Shown here piece by piece: positions 20,534-29,992 of a DNA stretch of 64,000 nucleotides. Origin of the DNA: Terriglobia bacterium (lineage in GTDB: Bacteria > Acidobacteriota > Terriglobia > 20CM-2-55-15); contig CBDAOY010000005.1 of NCBI GenBank assembly GCA_965198225.1, positions 832,001-896,000 of the forward strand. The letters are read 5' to 3'. Under the pieces are notes generated by a model. It did no database searches. It was not told where the DNA came from and worked only from the letters and a program-made list of their open reading frames with translations. The first letter of the stretch is position 1; every line of letters begins with the position of its first letter. The position numbers and the translations under genes are program-made.

Positions 20534-21400
20534 ATGGATATCACCGTCCTCGTCAACCAGATCTTCTTCCCCTTCTGCATCATCACCATCATGTTCGCTC
20601 TCGGAACGACGCTCGAGGGCGCAGACTTCAAGCGGGTGGCGTTCAAGCCGAAGCCCGTGGTCCTGGGTCTCGTCGGGCAAATGATCCTGATGCCAGCGAC
20701 GGCGTTCTTGTTTACCGTTTTCGTCCCGATGGACCCGGCGGTCGCGATCGGTCTGATCATTCTTTCGGCCTGCCCCGGTGGCGTGACGTCCAACGCGATC
20801 GTCTTCGTTGCCCGCGCCGACCTTGCCCTGTCGGTGACGCTGACAGCGCTGTCGAGCAGCCTCACGACCGTCACCGTTCCGTTGATCGTGTCTGCGGGCC
20901 TGCGGCTTCATGCCGGCGGCGGACAGGAATTCTCGATGCCGGTGCTGGACACGATGATCCGGCTGTTCCTGTTCACGATACTGCCCATGTCGATCGGAAT
21001 GTCTTTCAAGCGGTGGGCTCCTGCCATCGAAGCCGCATGGCGCAAATCGCTGCGCCTGTTCACCCTGCTCGTGATGATCGCGATGGTCTCGGTGGGAACT
21101 TTCACGTCGGTGGATTTCCTGGCGAGCAACCTTTTCGGCATGGTTCTCGCGACGCTCGGACTCGTAGTCATGACGATGTCGTTAGGCTACCTGCTGGCCC
21201 GGATCTTCCGTCTGGACAAACAACAGGGAGTCACGATCTCGGTGGAAGTTGGGGTGCAAAACGTGGCAGTAGCGCTCGTCGTTGCCATGACGATCCTCGA
21301 TCGCCGCGAACTGGCCGTGACGCCGGGGATCTACGGTGTAATCATGTATGTGGTAGTTACGATCTTCCTGGTGTCGATGCGGAGGAGAAAACGCCTATAA
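20534..21400 (+). CDS. Bile acid:sodium symporter (BASS) family transporter
   Basis: MFALG, ACPGGVTSN, ADLALSVTLT, TISVEVGVQN. Confidence 0.88.
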   Translation: MDITVLVNQIFFPFCIITIMFALGTTLEGADFKRVAFKPKPVVLGLVGQMILMPATAFLFTVFVPMDPAVAIGLIILSACPGGVTSNAIVFVARADLALSVTLTALSSSLTTVTVPLIVSAGLRLHAGGGQEFSMPVLDTMIRLFLFTILPMSIGMSFKRWAPAIEAAWRKSLRLFTLLVMIAMVSVGTFTSVDFLASNLFGMVLATLGLVVMTMSLGYLLARIFRLDKQQGVTISVEVGVQNVAVALVVAMTILDRRELAVTPGIYGVIMYVVVTIFLVSMRRRKRL

Positions 21401-21454
21401 CAGGCCACTACCAGTGTGTAGGGACCGCTCGCCTGCAACCGGAGAAACAATGCA

Positions 21455-22093
21455 ATGAGAAAGCCCGTGCGTATCGGAATCGGAGGACCTGTTGGTTCGG
21501 GAAAAACCGCTCTTGTGGACTGTCTCTGCAAGAACATGCGCGACGACTACCGTCTAGGGGTCGTGACGAACGACATCTTCACCCGCGAAGACATGGAGTT
21601 CCTTGTCCGGAGTGAGGCTCTGCCGCCAGACCGGCTGATGGCGGTCGAGACCGGCGGTTGTCCGCACACGGCGATCCGTGAGGACGCGTCGCTGAACTTC
21701 GAGGCGATCGAGAAGATGGTTGCCCGGTTTCCGGACCTGGAGATTCTCTTCCTGGAGAGTGGGGGAGACAACCTTGCTGCCAGCTTCTCACCGGAGCTGG
21801 TCGATGCCTCGATATACGTCATCGACGTGTCGGGCGGCGACAAGATCCCACGGAAGGGCGGCCCGGGCATCACGCGCTCCGACCTCCTGGTCATCAACAA
21901 AACCGACCTCGCACCGCATGTCGGCGCAGATCTGGGGGTCATGGACCGTGATTCCCGAAGGATGCGCGGGGACCGGCCGTTCGTGTTCACAAACTTGAAG
22001 ATGCAGGAAGGCGTCGACGGCGTCGCGTCCTGGATCCGTCGCGAGCTCCTTTTTGAAGATGTCGAGCTTTCCTCTTCCGTCTCCCGAGCCTGA
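21455..22093 (+). CDS. ureG: Urease accessory GTPase UreG
   Basis: [33 protein letters not shown]. Confidence 0.97.
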   Translation: MRKPVRIGIGGPVGSGKTALVDCLCKNMRDDYRLGVVTNDIFTREDMEFLVRSEALPPDRLMAVETGGCPHTAIREDASLNFEAIEKMVARFPDLEILFLESGGDNLAASFSPELVDASIYVIDVSGGDKIPRKGGPGITRSDLLVINKTDLAPHVGADLGVMDRDSRRMRGDRPFVFTNLKMQEGVDGVASWIRRELLFEDVELSSSVSRA

Positions 22094-22931
22094 GGGGCGG
22101 GTCAACCCTCTACCTGTCCGAGACGTCGGGCGGTCCGGCCGTCTCGACATGCGCTTCAGCGTCCGACGTGGCCGGACGGTCCTGGGCCGTCTGTATCACG
22201 AATCCCCGTTCAAGGTGACCCGGGCGCACTATTCTCCCGCCTCCTCCCTGGCTCGCGTGATCGTGATGCACTCGAGCCCCGGCCTATTCGGAGGCGATCG
22301 GCTGGAGGCGCGGATTCACGTCGAGGCCGGCGCCCGGGCCCTCGTGACCTCGCAGTCGGCGATGAAGATCCACCCTTCCGGTATCGCGCCGGCGTGCCAG
22401 TCGCTTCGAATCGCAGTCGAGACCGGCGGCGAGCTGCACTACTACGTCGACCCGGTCATCCCATTTGCCGACAGCCGCCTCCGGCAGGACATCCGGGTTG
22501 AACTGGGAACCGGTGCCCGTTTCTACTATTGGGATGGACTGATGGCCGGCCGCGTCCGAAGAGGCGAGAGCTGGCGCTTCGCCGAACTACGCTCGGAGAC
22601 CTCGGTCTTTGTAGATGCCGAACTCGCCTACCTGGACCGGTTTGAGCTGCGAGGATCCGACGAGTCTCCCACGGGGCGATGGGCGATGGACCAGCACGGG
22701 TACATGGCGACCGCGGTCGCTTACGCTCCATCTATCGACGAGGAAAGACTCGCATCCATCCGTTCCGACATCGTCTCGTCGGACGATTGCTTCGCCTGCG
22801 GCCTCGACGTTCCTTTCGAACGACTAATGATCGGCCGTTTCCTGGCAGACAACGGAGCAACCTTCAGAAAGGCCAGGGAACGCTACGAGCTTACGATTTC
22901 CCGACATCTAGTAGCCGAGCCAGATTGTTAA
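22053..22931 (+). CDS. ureD: Urease accessory protein UreD (start uncertain)
   Basis: [28 protein letters not shown]; position after ureG. Confidence 0.88.
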   Translation: MKMSSFPLPSPEPEGRVNPLPVRDVGRSGRLDMRFSVRRGRTVLGRLYHESPFKVTRAHYSPASSLARVIVMHSSPGLFGGDRLEARIHVEAGARALVTSQSAMKIHPSGIAPACQSLRIAVETGGELHYYVDPVIPFADSRLRQDIRVELGTGARFYYWDGLMAGRVRRGESWRFAELRSETSVFVDAELAYLDRFELRGSDESPTGRWAMDQHGYMATAVAYAPSIDEERLASIRSDIVSSDDCFACGLDVPFERLMIGRFLADNGATFRKARERYELTISRHLVAEPDC

Positions 22932-22933
22932 GT

Positions 22934-22998
22934 GTCGGTGCGCTCTATGAGCGCACGTCCTCGCAATGAGACAATGTGCGGTCATAGACCGCACCTAC
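22934..22998. repeat. Inverted REP doublet (GTAG family)
   Basis: GTGCGCTCTATGAGCGCAC ... GTGCGGTCATAGACCGCACCTAC. Confidence 0.8.
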
Positions 22999-23014
22999 AC
23001 GAGTAGCGATTCCC

Positions 23015-24202
23015 ATGCTCTGTCCCGTAGACCATCACGACTTGACCGACCATGGTTCCGGCCCTCTGTGCGTTGGTTCTTGTTCCGAATGCAACGGCCT
23101 CTGGATCAGTCACACCAGTCTCGTAGCCTTCAAGAGTCTCGAACGACTTGTTGACGACCCGGACTTCCGGGAGTCTCTCCTCGCGGTCAATCGGTCGCCG
23201 GACACTTCATCAAATGAGCGATCTTCCGAGTCGCTTCGGTGCCCGTCCTGTTCCGTGCCGCTGGAGGAACGCGAGACCGGTGCTGTGGTGGTCGACGTCT
23301 GTCTCAGGTGCGGTGGGATGTGGCTCGAAGCCCGCGAGTTGGATAACCTCCTGGGTCCCTACGCAGGCGACGGAACTCCGCCAGGCGAGCCGGAGACAGA
23401 TGTCCATGCTCCCGAGGAGCCTGCCGAGCGGTTCGATCGACTTTCCTTCGACACCCCGTTCAGCCACCGGTTTGCACTGCCTTCGGCGTTCGTCATCGCA
23501 ATCGTCATCAACGCCACTCCGTTCGTCTTCTTCTTCGTTCCGCTTCACGTGTGGACCCATGAATTCGGCCACGCGACCGTCGCCTGGCTTAGCGGGCGTC
23601 GAGCGCTGCCGTTGCCTTTCGGGTGGACCAGTGTTCAGTTTGATCGATCGACGATCGTCTACATCGCGCTGGCTTTCCTGCTCGCCGTTTTGTTCCACAC
23701 CGCCTGGCGGGAACGACTCCGTTGGGCCATGGGGCTCGCGGGCGCGTTCCTGCTGTTGCAGTTCTACATGACCTGGATGGTCTCGCCGTTGACGATCGAA
23801 TTGTGGATCACCTTCGGCGGTATCGGCGGGGAGTTCTACCTCAGCGCGTTTCTTATGGCCGCCTTCTATTTCCCGATGCCGGATCGGTGGCGCTGGGACT
23901 TCTGGCGTTACCCCGTACTCGTCATCGCCGCGAGCACGTTCTGGGACAGTTTCATCCAGTGGCATCGCATTCGAGCGGGCGAAGCGCAGATTCCTTGGGG
24001 ATCGATCTTCGGGGAAGGGGATGCAGGCGGAGACATGAACACCCTGGCCTTCCAGTACGGGTGGGGAAGCGAGCGTATCATCGATACGTACAATCGACTC
24101 GGTGAGTTCTGTCTCGTGGTCCTGATCTCCGTGTACGTGGCGTTCTTCCTGAAGAACCGGGCAAGGACAGGGACCAGTTCTGGGAATCGCAAGACGGGGT
24201 AA
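23015..24202 (+). CDS. Zinc-ribbon (zf-TFIIB-like, two copies) membrane protein with HExxH motif (M50-like)
   Basis: CSECNGLW and CPSC...DVCLRCGGMWL ribbons; THEFGHA; several hydrophobic helices; late GGDM. Confidence 0.68.
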   Translation: MLCPVDHHDLTDHGSGPLCVGSCSECNGLWISHTSLVAFKSLERLVDDPDFRESLLAVNRSPDTSSNERSSESLRCPSCSVPLEERETGAVVVDVCLRCGGMWLEARELDNLLGPYAGDGTPPGEPETDVHAPEEPAERFDRLSFDTPFSHRFALPSAFVIAIVINATPFVFFFVPLHVWTHEFGHATVAWLSGRRALPLPFGWTSVQFDRSTIVYIALAFLLAVLFHTAWRERLRWAMGLAGAFLLLQFYMTWMVSPLTIELWITFGGIGGEFYLSAFLMAAFYFPMPDRWRWDFWRYPVLVIAASTFWDSFIQWHRIRAGEAQIPWGSIFGEGDAGGDMNTLAFQYGWGSERIIDTYNRLGEFCLVVLISVYVAFFLKNRARTGTSSGNRKTG

Positions 24203-24236
24203 GAGCTTTTGTGATCAACAGATAGAGAAAAACCGC

Positions 24237-24265
24237 TTGACCGTCCTCGGGGCGACACTTATAAC
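24237..24265 (+). promoter_or_regulatory. Sigma70-type promoter of the porin-urt operon
   Basis: TTGACC (24237-24242), 17 bp, TATAAC (24260-24265). Confidence 0.75.
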
Positions 24266-24277
24266 TCTTACATCCCA

Positions 24278-24345
24278 GCACAACGGCGTGCGGCGGGTGC
24301 GACACTGAAGTCTTCGGCCGATCAGTCGGTCCGAGGACTTTTTTT
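24278..24345 (+). promoter_or_regulatory. ANTAR-type dual-hairpin antiterminator plus intrinsic terminator, unit 1
   Basis: GCAC-AACGGC-GTGC and GAC-ACTGAA-GTC (hexaloops with A1/G4); second hairpin overlaps terminator stem AAGTCTTCGG / CCGAGGACTT followed by a T run. Confidence 0.8.
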
Positions 24346-24351
24346 GTACGC

Positions 24352-24427
24352 GACACCGAAGTCTTCCATTGGACATCGACGTCCTGGCGTGAGCGGAAAG
24401 CTCTCACTCAGGGCGTTTTTTCTTTTC
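24352..24427 (+). promoter_or_regulatory. ANTAR-type dual-hairpin antiterminator plus intrinsic terminator, unit 2
   Basis: GAC-ACCGAA-GTC and GGAC-ATCGAC-GTCC; overlaps stem CGTCCTG...CAGGGCG followed by TTTTTTCTTTT. Confidence 0.75.
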
Positions 24428-24454
24428 TGGTGAAAGTCTGGAGGACATGAGTTG

Positions 24455-25519
24455 ATGAAACGAATTCTGTTGAGACGACTGATCTTCTGCGCGCTGCTCG
24501 CGACAAGGCTGGGCCTTGGCGCGACGACGGTGAACGGACAGGCTAAGATCGAACTCGACGATGGGCGTTGGGTCAGTGTAGGCGGAGGTATCCGCGCCAC
24601 GTTCCGGGCGGCCGAGCAGCCCGGCGGTTCTTACACGAACGAGGTCGACCTCGATAACGCCCGGCTCTACTTCAACGCACAGGCTCACGAGTCCTTCCTC
24701 GTCGAGTTGAACACCGAGTACGTGCAGTCGACGTCAGATATCAAGGTGCTGGATGCCGTGGCGAAGTTCGGGCCCAAAGAGTACTTCAACGTGTGGGCAG
24801 GCCGACATCTGCCGCCATCGGACCGGGCCAATCTGGACGGACCGTTTTTCCTGTCGGCCTACGAGTACCCGGGCCTCGTGTCCCGCTATCCGGCGATTTT
24901 TGCGGGCCGTGACGACGGGGTTTCCGTTTCGGGACAGGTCGATGGCGGAGTCTTCAAGTATGCATTCGGTGTGTACAAAGGGATTCCAGCGATCGTCGGC
25001 CAGGACGACAGCTCGCTTTACGCCGGACGCTTTACATACAACTTCCTGGATCCGGAGCCCGGTTACTACACCAGCAGCAGCTACTATGGGGCAAAGGACG
25101 TCCTGGCTGTCGCGTTCGCGGTCCAGTTTCAGAACGAAGCCATCGACGGGCCAACGGCTGCTTTCGAGAACTTCCGTGGCTATAACTTCGACGTCCTTTT
25201 CGAGAAGAAGATGCCCAACGACGGCGTGATCAGCCTCGAAGGCGCCTACTACGACTACGATCTCGGCGCCGCGGCCGGCGGGGGTGACGCCTATCTGGCT
25301 CAGGCAGGCTACCTGCTTCCGCCGAAGGTAGGGCCCGGTCAGTTTCAACCCATGATTCGCTTCCAGGAATTCGAAGGTGATTCCATGTTCGATGCCGGAG
25401 TCAACTACGTTATCCGTGGGCATAGCGCCCGTCTGTCGCTGATGTATTCCAGGAGCGACCTCAAAGCCGATGGCGGTCAACGAAATCGCTTTATCCTGGG
25501 CACTCAATTCCAGTTCTGA
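24455..25519 (+). CDS. Outer-membrane porin, probably for urea/short amides (FmdC-like)
   Basis: Signal peptide, alternating beta-strand pattern, C-terminal Phe (TQFQF); directly upstream of urtA. Confidence 0.78.
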   Translation: MKRILLRRLIFCALLATRLGLGATTVNGQAKIELDDGRWVSVGGGIRATFRAAEQPGGSYTNEVDLDNARLYFNAQAHESFLVELNTEYVQSTSDIKVLDAVAKFGPKEYFNVWAGRHLPPSDRANLDGPFFLSAYEYPGLVSRYPAIFAGRDDGVSVSGQVDGGVFKYAFGVYKGIPAIVGQDDSSLYAGRFTYNFLDPEPGYYTSSSYYGAKDVLAVAFAVQFQNEAIDGPTAAFENFRGYNFDVLFEKKMPNDGVISLEGAYYDYDLGAAAGGGDAYLAQAGYLLPPKVGPGQFQPMIRFQEFEGDSMFDAGVNYVIRGHSARLSLMYSRSDLKADGGQRNRFILGTQFQF

Positions 25520-25555
25520 TACTTCCCGAACAGCTTTTATAGGAGAAAAAACGAA

Positions 25556-26818
25556 ATGTTCAGTCGCACTCTCAAAGGAAACCGCCGTCCGCGGTCGGTC
25601 GGCGCTTTCGTCGCCCTTATGGCGCTCGCGCTCATGACGGTTTCGGCATGTACCACGCGGGTCGAGCCGGTCAAGGTCGGTGTTCTGCACTCCTTGACCG
25701 GAACCATGGCAATCTCGGAAACGTCACTGCGCGACGTCGTCCAGATGGCCATCGATGAAATCAACGCCGAAGGCGGCGTCCTGGGTCGGCCGATCGAGTC
25801 CGTCGTCGTCGACCCGGCCTCCAACTGGGACCTCTTTGCCGAGAAGGCTCGCGAACTGCTCGTCCAGGACGAGGTGGCCGCGATCTTCGGCTGCTGGACG
25901 TCGGTCAGCCGGAAATCCGTCCTGCCGGTCTTCGAGTCCTACAATGGCCTGCTGTTCTACCCCGTTCAGTACGAAGGCGAAGAGCAGAGCCCCAATATCT
26001 TCTACACGGGCGCAACTCCGAACCAGCAGTTGATCCCGGCGGCCCAGTACCTGATGGGCCCCGAAGGTGGGGAGAAGAAGAAATTCTACCTGCTCGGCAC
26101 CGACTACGTGTTCCCGCGGACGGCTAACAAGATCCTCAAGGCCTTCCTGCTCGCCGAGGGCGTTCCCGAGGAGAACATCATCGAGGAGTACACCCCGTTC
26201 AGTCACGCCGACTACCAGACGATCGTCGGAAAGATCAAGGACTTCAGCCAGGACGGGGATGCGGCCGTGCTTTCGACGATCAACGGCGACAGCAACGTTC
26301 CCTTTTACAAGGAATTCGCCAACCAGGGGCTGACCTCGGCCGACATTCCGATCATGGCCTTCTCGGTCGCGGAAGACGAACTGCGTTCGATGGAAACCGA
26401 GCACCTCGTGGGGCACCTGGCGGCTTGGAACTACTTCCAGTCGATCGATATCCCGTCCAACAACGCTTTCGTCGAGTCCTTCAAGGCGTATGCCGAGGCG
26501 AAGGGACTGCCCGGTGGCCGATCCCGTGTGACCGACGATCCGATCGAAGCGGCCTACTTCGGGGTGTACGTCTGGAAAGCTGCGGTCGAACGAGCCAACT
26601 CCTTCGAGGTGGACGCGGTGCGCGAAGAGGTCCTCGGGCTGGAGTTCGACGCCCCGGGCGGCCCGAAGAGGATGCACGCGGAGAACCACCATACGTACAA
26701 GCCTGTGTATATCGGCGAGATCCTGGCCGACGGCCAGTTCGACGTCATCTGGGAGACCCCCGGGCTCGTCGAGCCTGAGGCGTTCAGCCGGTATCTCCAG
26801 CAGGCCAGCAACCAGTAG
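25556..26818 (+). CDS. urtA: Urea ABC transporter substrate-binding protein
   Basis: KVGVLHSLTGTMAISE, DPASNWDLF, GCWTSVSRKSVLP, YPVQYEG, GTDYVFPR; lipobox-like VSAC. Confidence 0.95.
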   Translation: MFSRTLKGNRRPRSVGAFVALMALALMTVSACTTRVEPVKVGVLHSLTGTMAISETSLRDVVQMAIDEINAEGGVLGRPIESVVVDPASNWDLFAEKARELLVQDEVAAIFGCWTSVSRKSVLPVFESYNGLLFYPVQYEGEEQSPNIFYTGATPNQQLIPAAQYLMGPEGGEKKKFYLLGTDYVFPRTANKILKAFLLAEGVPEENIIEEYTPFSHADYQTIVGKIKDFSQDGDAAVLSTINGDSNVPFYKEFANQGLTSADIPIMAFSVAEDELRSMETEHLVGHLAAWNYFQSIDIPSNNAFVESFKAYAEAKGLPGGRSRVTDDPIEAAYFGVYVWKAAVERANSFEVDAVREEVLGLEFDAPGGPKRMHAENHHTYKPVYIGEILADGQFDVIWETPGLVEPEAFSRYLQQASNQ

Positions 26819-26828
26819 GCGCGCTGGC

Positions 26829-28502
26829 GTGAAGAGGGCGTTCCTTCCCGCTCTGATCTCTGTTTCCCTCCTGTGGGTGACCTGCGCCGAGACCCTGGCG
26901 CAGGTGCCCGCGGTGAGCGCGGACATGCGGAACGCCCTATTGAACGTGATCAGCGCTGACCCCGAAGCGCGGCAGAGCGCCATCGGCGAGATTGCCGCCT
27001 CGAAGGAGGCGGTCCTGGTCCCGGCGCTCGAGGCTTACAGCGCCGGCCTGCTCGAACAGCGGGCGGACGGTCTTTTCGTCATCTACCGGAGCCGTGTCGA
27101 GGTCCTCGGCGAAACCCTCTATCCTCTCGTCGACGCCTTCACGCTCGAACCCATAATCGCGCCGGATGGAGACCCCGCTTATGCGGGGCGACTCTCCGGC
27201 GATATGTTGCGGGCGGACGCTTCGGCCCGACGGCTGCTGGGACCCCTGATCTCGGAGCTGTCGATCTACCATCCCGATCCAGACCGGCGCAGCGCGGCCA
27301 TCGTCGATGCCGCGACCCGGAGCGATCCTGAACTGCTCGACGAACTGAAGTCGCAGCTCGAGGCCGACGATGGCGGGCCCTTCACGAGGGTGCTGAGTGA
27401 ATCGATCGCAAGGATAGGCCTGGTTCACGGGGATGCCTCGGCCCGGGCGACCGCGGTCGAAACACTCGCCGAGCTGGGTTCGAGCCGTGGCGTGGGAGAA
27501 CTGCGGCGCAGCCTGGAGGCCGCCGAAACCGATGGAGACGCCGCTTTTGCGGCGCGCGTTGAAGCGGCGCTCGGGGAGATCGAATCCTACCAGCAGAAGG
27601 TCCGACTGGCACACCACACCTTCGCCGGACTCTCGCTGGGCAGCATTCTGATCCTTCTGGCGCTGGGGCTGTCGATCATCTTCGGGCTGATGCGCGTGAT
27701 CAACCTCGCCCACGGCGAGTTCATGATGGTGGGCGCCTACACGACCTATGTCGTCAGCGAGATCTTCAAGGGATGGCTGCCGCCGGGCGCTTTTGACTAC
27801 TACTTCCTCGTCGCCCTCCCGCTGGCGTTCCTGGTGGCGGGTTTCGTCGGCCTGCTTTGTGAGGTGTTCGTCATCCAGCATTTGTACGGGCGGCCGATGG
27901 AGACGCTGCTGGCGACCTGGGGTATCAGCCTGTTGTTGATCCAGAGCGTGCGGGTCATTTTCGGGGACACAACGTCGCTCACACCTCCGGGATGGCTCCA
28001 GGGCGGGTGGGAGGTGGCGCCCGACCTGGTGTTTCCGCTCAACCGGGTGTTCATCATCGTCTTCTGTGGCGGCGCGATCGCGGCCGTGTACTTTCTCGTT
28101 CTGCGCACGAAGTTCGGCCTGTTGCTCCGGGCGACGACACAGGATCGTGAGATCGCCTCCACACTGGGAGTCCGCACGCGCAGGATCGACGCGCTGACAT
28201 TCAGCTTCGGTGCCGGCCTGGCCGGGCTGGCCGGGACGGCCGTGCCGCTGTTCGACAAACTCAACCCGAACCTGGGGCAGAGCTACATCGTCGACAGTTT
28301 CATGGTGGTCGTCGTCGGGGGAGTTGGAAAGCTGGCGGGGGTCATCAGCGCCGGCGCCGGCCTCGGCTTCCTGACGAAGTACATCGAACCGTGGCTCGAG
28401 GCGGTGTACGGGAAACTGGCGGTGCTCGGCCTGATCATCCTGTTCCTCCAATGGCGTCCCTCGGGGCTCTTCCCGCCCAGAGGGCGTATCGCCGAAGACT
28501 AG
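26829..28502 (+). CDS. urtB: Urea ABC transporter permease UrtB
   Basis: GLSLGSILILLALGL, INLAHGEFMMVGAY, LYGRPMETLLATWG, DSFMVVVVGG; long N-terminal soluble domain. Confidence 0.92.
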   Translation: MKRAFLPALISVSLLWVTCAETLAQVPAVSADMRNALLNVISADPEARQSAIGEIAASKEAVLVPALEAYSAGLLEQRADGLFVIYRSRVEVLGETLYPLVDAFTLEPIIAPDGDPAYAGRLSGDMLRADASARRLLGPLISELSIYHPDPDRRSAAIVDAATRSDPELLDELKSQLEADDGGPFTRVLSESIARIGLVHGDASARATAVETLAELGSSRGVGELRRSLEAAETDGDAAFAARVEAALGEIESYQQKVRLAHHTFAGLSLGSILILLALGLSIIFGLMRVINLAHGEFMMVGAYTTYVVSEIFKGWLPPGAFDYYFLVALPLAFLVAGFVGLLCEVFVIQHLYGRPMETLLATWGISLLLIQSVRVIFGDTTSLTPPGWLQGGWEVAPDLVFPLNRVFIIVFCGGAIAAVYFLVLRTKFGLLLRATTQDREIASTLGVRTRRIDALTFSFGAGLAGLAGTAVPLFDKLNPNLGQSYIVDSFMVVVVGGVGKLAGVISAGAGLGFLTKYIEPWLEAVYGKLAVLGLIILFLQWRPSGLFPPRGRIAED

Positions 28503-28504
28503 CC

Positions 28505-29992
28505 ATGCAGCTGCCGCAGCGTCTGAAGTTCGAATTTCCCTCCGTTCGGTCCCCCTACCCCGAGGTTCAGCGGTTTCGGGAGCGGGCCGTCGTCGCGCTC
28601 CTGGTGTTTGCCTTTCTCGTCGTGCCGGCGATGAACCTGGCCGGAGTGATCGAGCCGCATGACCTCAACCGTATCGGGCGCTATCTCTGTTTTGCGATAG
28701 CGGCGCTCGGGCTCGATTTGATTTGGGGGTTTACCGGCACGCTGTCGCTCTGCCACGCCCTTTTCTTCTGCATCGGCGGTTACGCGATGGCCATGCACCT
28801 GAGCCTGCCGGCGGGTGGCGGGGACGTCCGCCCGGAATACAACAACATCCCGCAGTTCTTCTTCTTCAACAACGTCGACACGCTACCCGCGTGGTGGGAG
28901 CCGTTCTCGTCGCTGCCGTTGACCGTGATCGCCGCCCTGGTGCTACCCGCCGCCCTCGCCCTGGCCCTGGGGTTTTTCATTTTCAGGAATCGCGTCCGTG
29001 GCGTCTACTTTGCGATCATCACGCAGGCGCTGGCCTGGGGCGCGTTCCTGGCCTTTTCACGGAACGAAATGCTGCTCGGGGGGACGAACGGCCTCACGAA
29101 TTTCTACAAGCCACTCAACACCGAGAACACGTGGATCCTCGGCCTGTACCTGCTGGCGGCGACGACCCTGGGCCTGGCGTTCTGGGCCTGCAGCCACATC
29201 ACGCGCTCGCGCCTGGGCCGCGTTCTCATTGCTGTTCGGGACAACGAGACGCGTCTGTATTTCACGGGCTACCGAGCCGACCTCTACAAGGTCTTCGCCT
29301 TTTCAACGGCGGCGTTGATCGGAGGGCTCGCCGGCTTGCTCTACGTGCCGCAGAACGGGATCATCACCCCGAACGTCATGCGCGTGGAGGATTCGATCTG
29401 GATGGTCATCTGGGTGGCGGTCGGCGGTAGGGGTAAGTTGTGGGGCGCGGTGTTCGGTGCGCTGCTGGTGAACTTTACCTACTCGGCATTGACGAGCGAC
29501 ATGCCCAGGGCGTGGCCCTTCATCCAGGGTGCGCTGTTTCTTGCGGTCCTGTTCTTCCCGAACGGGATCGCAGGTTTGTGGGAGCGTCTGGAGAGCGAAG
29601 TCCGATCCGGAGACAGCATCCGGCGCCTCCTGCTCGCTCTCGTGTTCGTCGAACTCTTCCTCATCGTCGACAAACTCGGGTACCTGCCTGGTGCCGGCGC
29701 CAACCTTCTGGTGGCCGGAATAGAAGTGCAGTATCTGGTCATGCTCGCCGGAGCGGCGCTCATCTGTTGGACGCGCGTCGCGCACACGGCCATACCTCTA
29801 ACGGCGCTGGTCTGGTTCATCTTGACCGAAGCGCTCGGCATCATGCCCGGCTCGTTCGACATCGTGAAGTACGCCATCCTGCTCGGTTCAGGGACGCTGT
29901 ACGCGTACCTGCGCTGGTCGGAGTCGCCGAGACCGGGTGCCGATAGACCGGCGTTCGCATCCAGGGTGCTGATGGCGGTGGGACTGAAATGA
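28505..29992 (+). CDS. urtC: Urea ABC transporter permease UrtC (C-terminally extended)
   Basis: GLDLIWGFTGTLSL, RVRGVYFAIITQAL, GGTNGLT, AVRDNE, WVAVGGRG. Confidence 0.9.
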   Translation: MQLPQRLKFEFPSVRSPYPEVQRFRERAVVALLVFAFLVVPAMNLAGVIEPHDLNRIGRYLCFAIAALGLDLIWGFTGTLSLCHALFFCIGGYAMAMHLSLPAGGGDVRPEYNNIPQFFFFNNVDTLPAWWEPFSSLPLTVIAALVLPAALALALGFFIFRNRVRGVYFAIITQALAWGAFLAFSRNEMLLGGTNGLTNFYKPLNTENTWILGLYLLAATTLGLAFWACSHITRSRLGRVLIAVRDNETRLYFTGYRADLYKVFAFSTAALIGGLAGLLYVPQNGIITPNVMRVEDSIWMVIWVAVGGRGKLWGAVFGALLVNFTYSALTSDMPRAWPFIQGALFLAVLFFPNGIAGLWERLESEVRSGDSIRRLLLALVFVELFLIVDKLGYLPGAGANLLVAGIEVQYLVMLAGAALICWTRVAHTAIPLTALVWFILTEALGIMPGSFDIVKYAILLGSGTLYAYLRWSESPRPGADRPAFASRVLMAVGLK

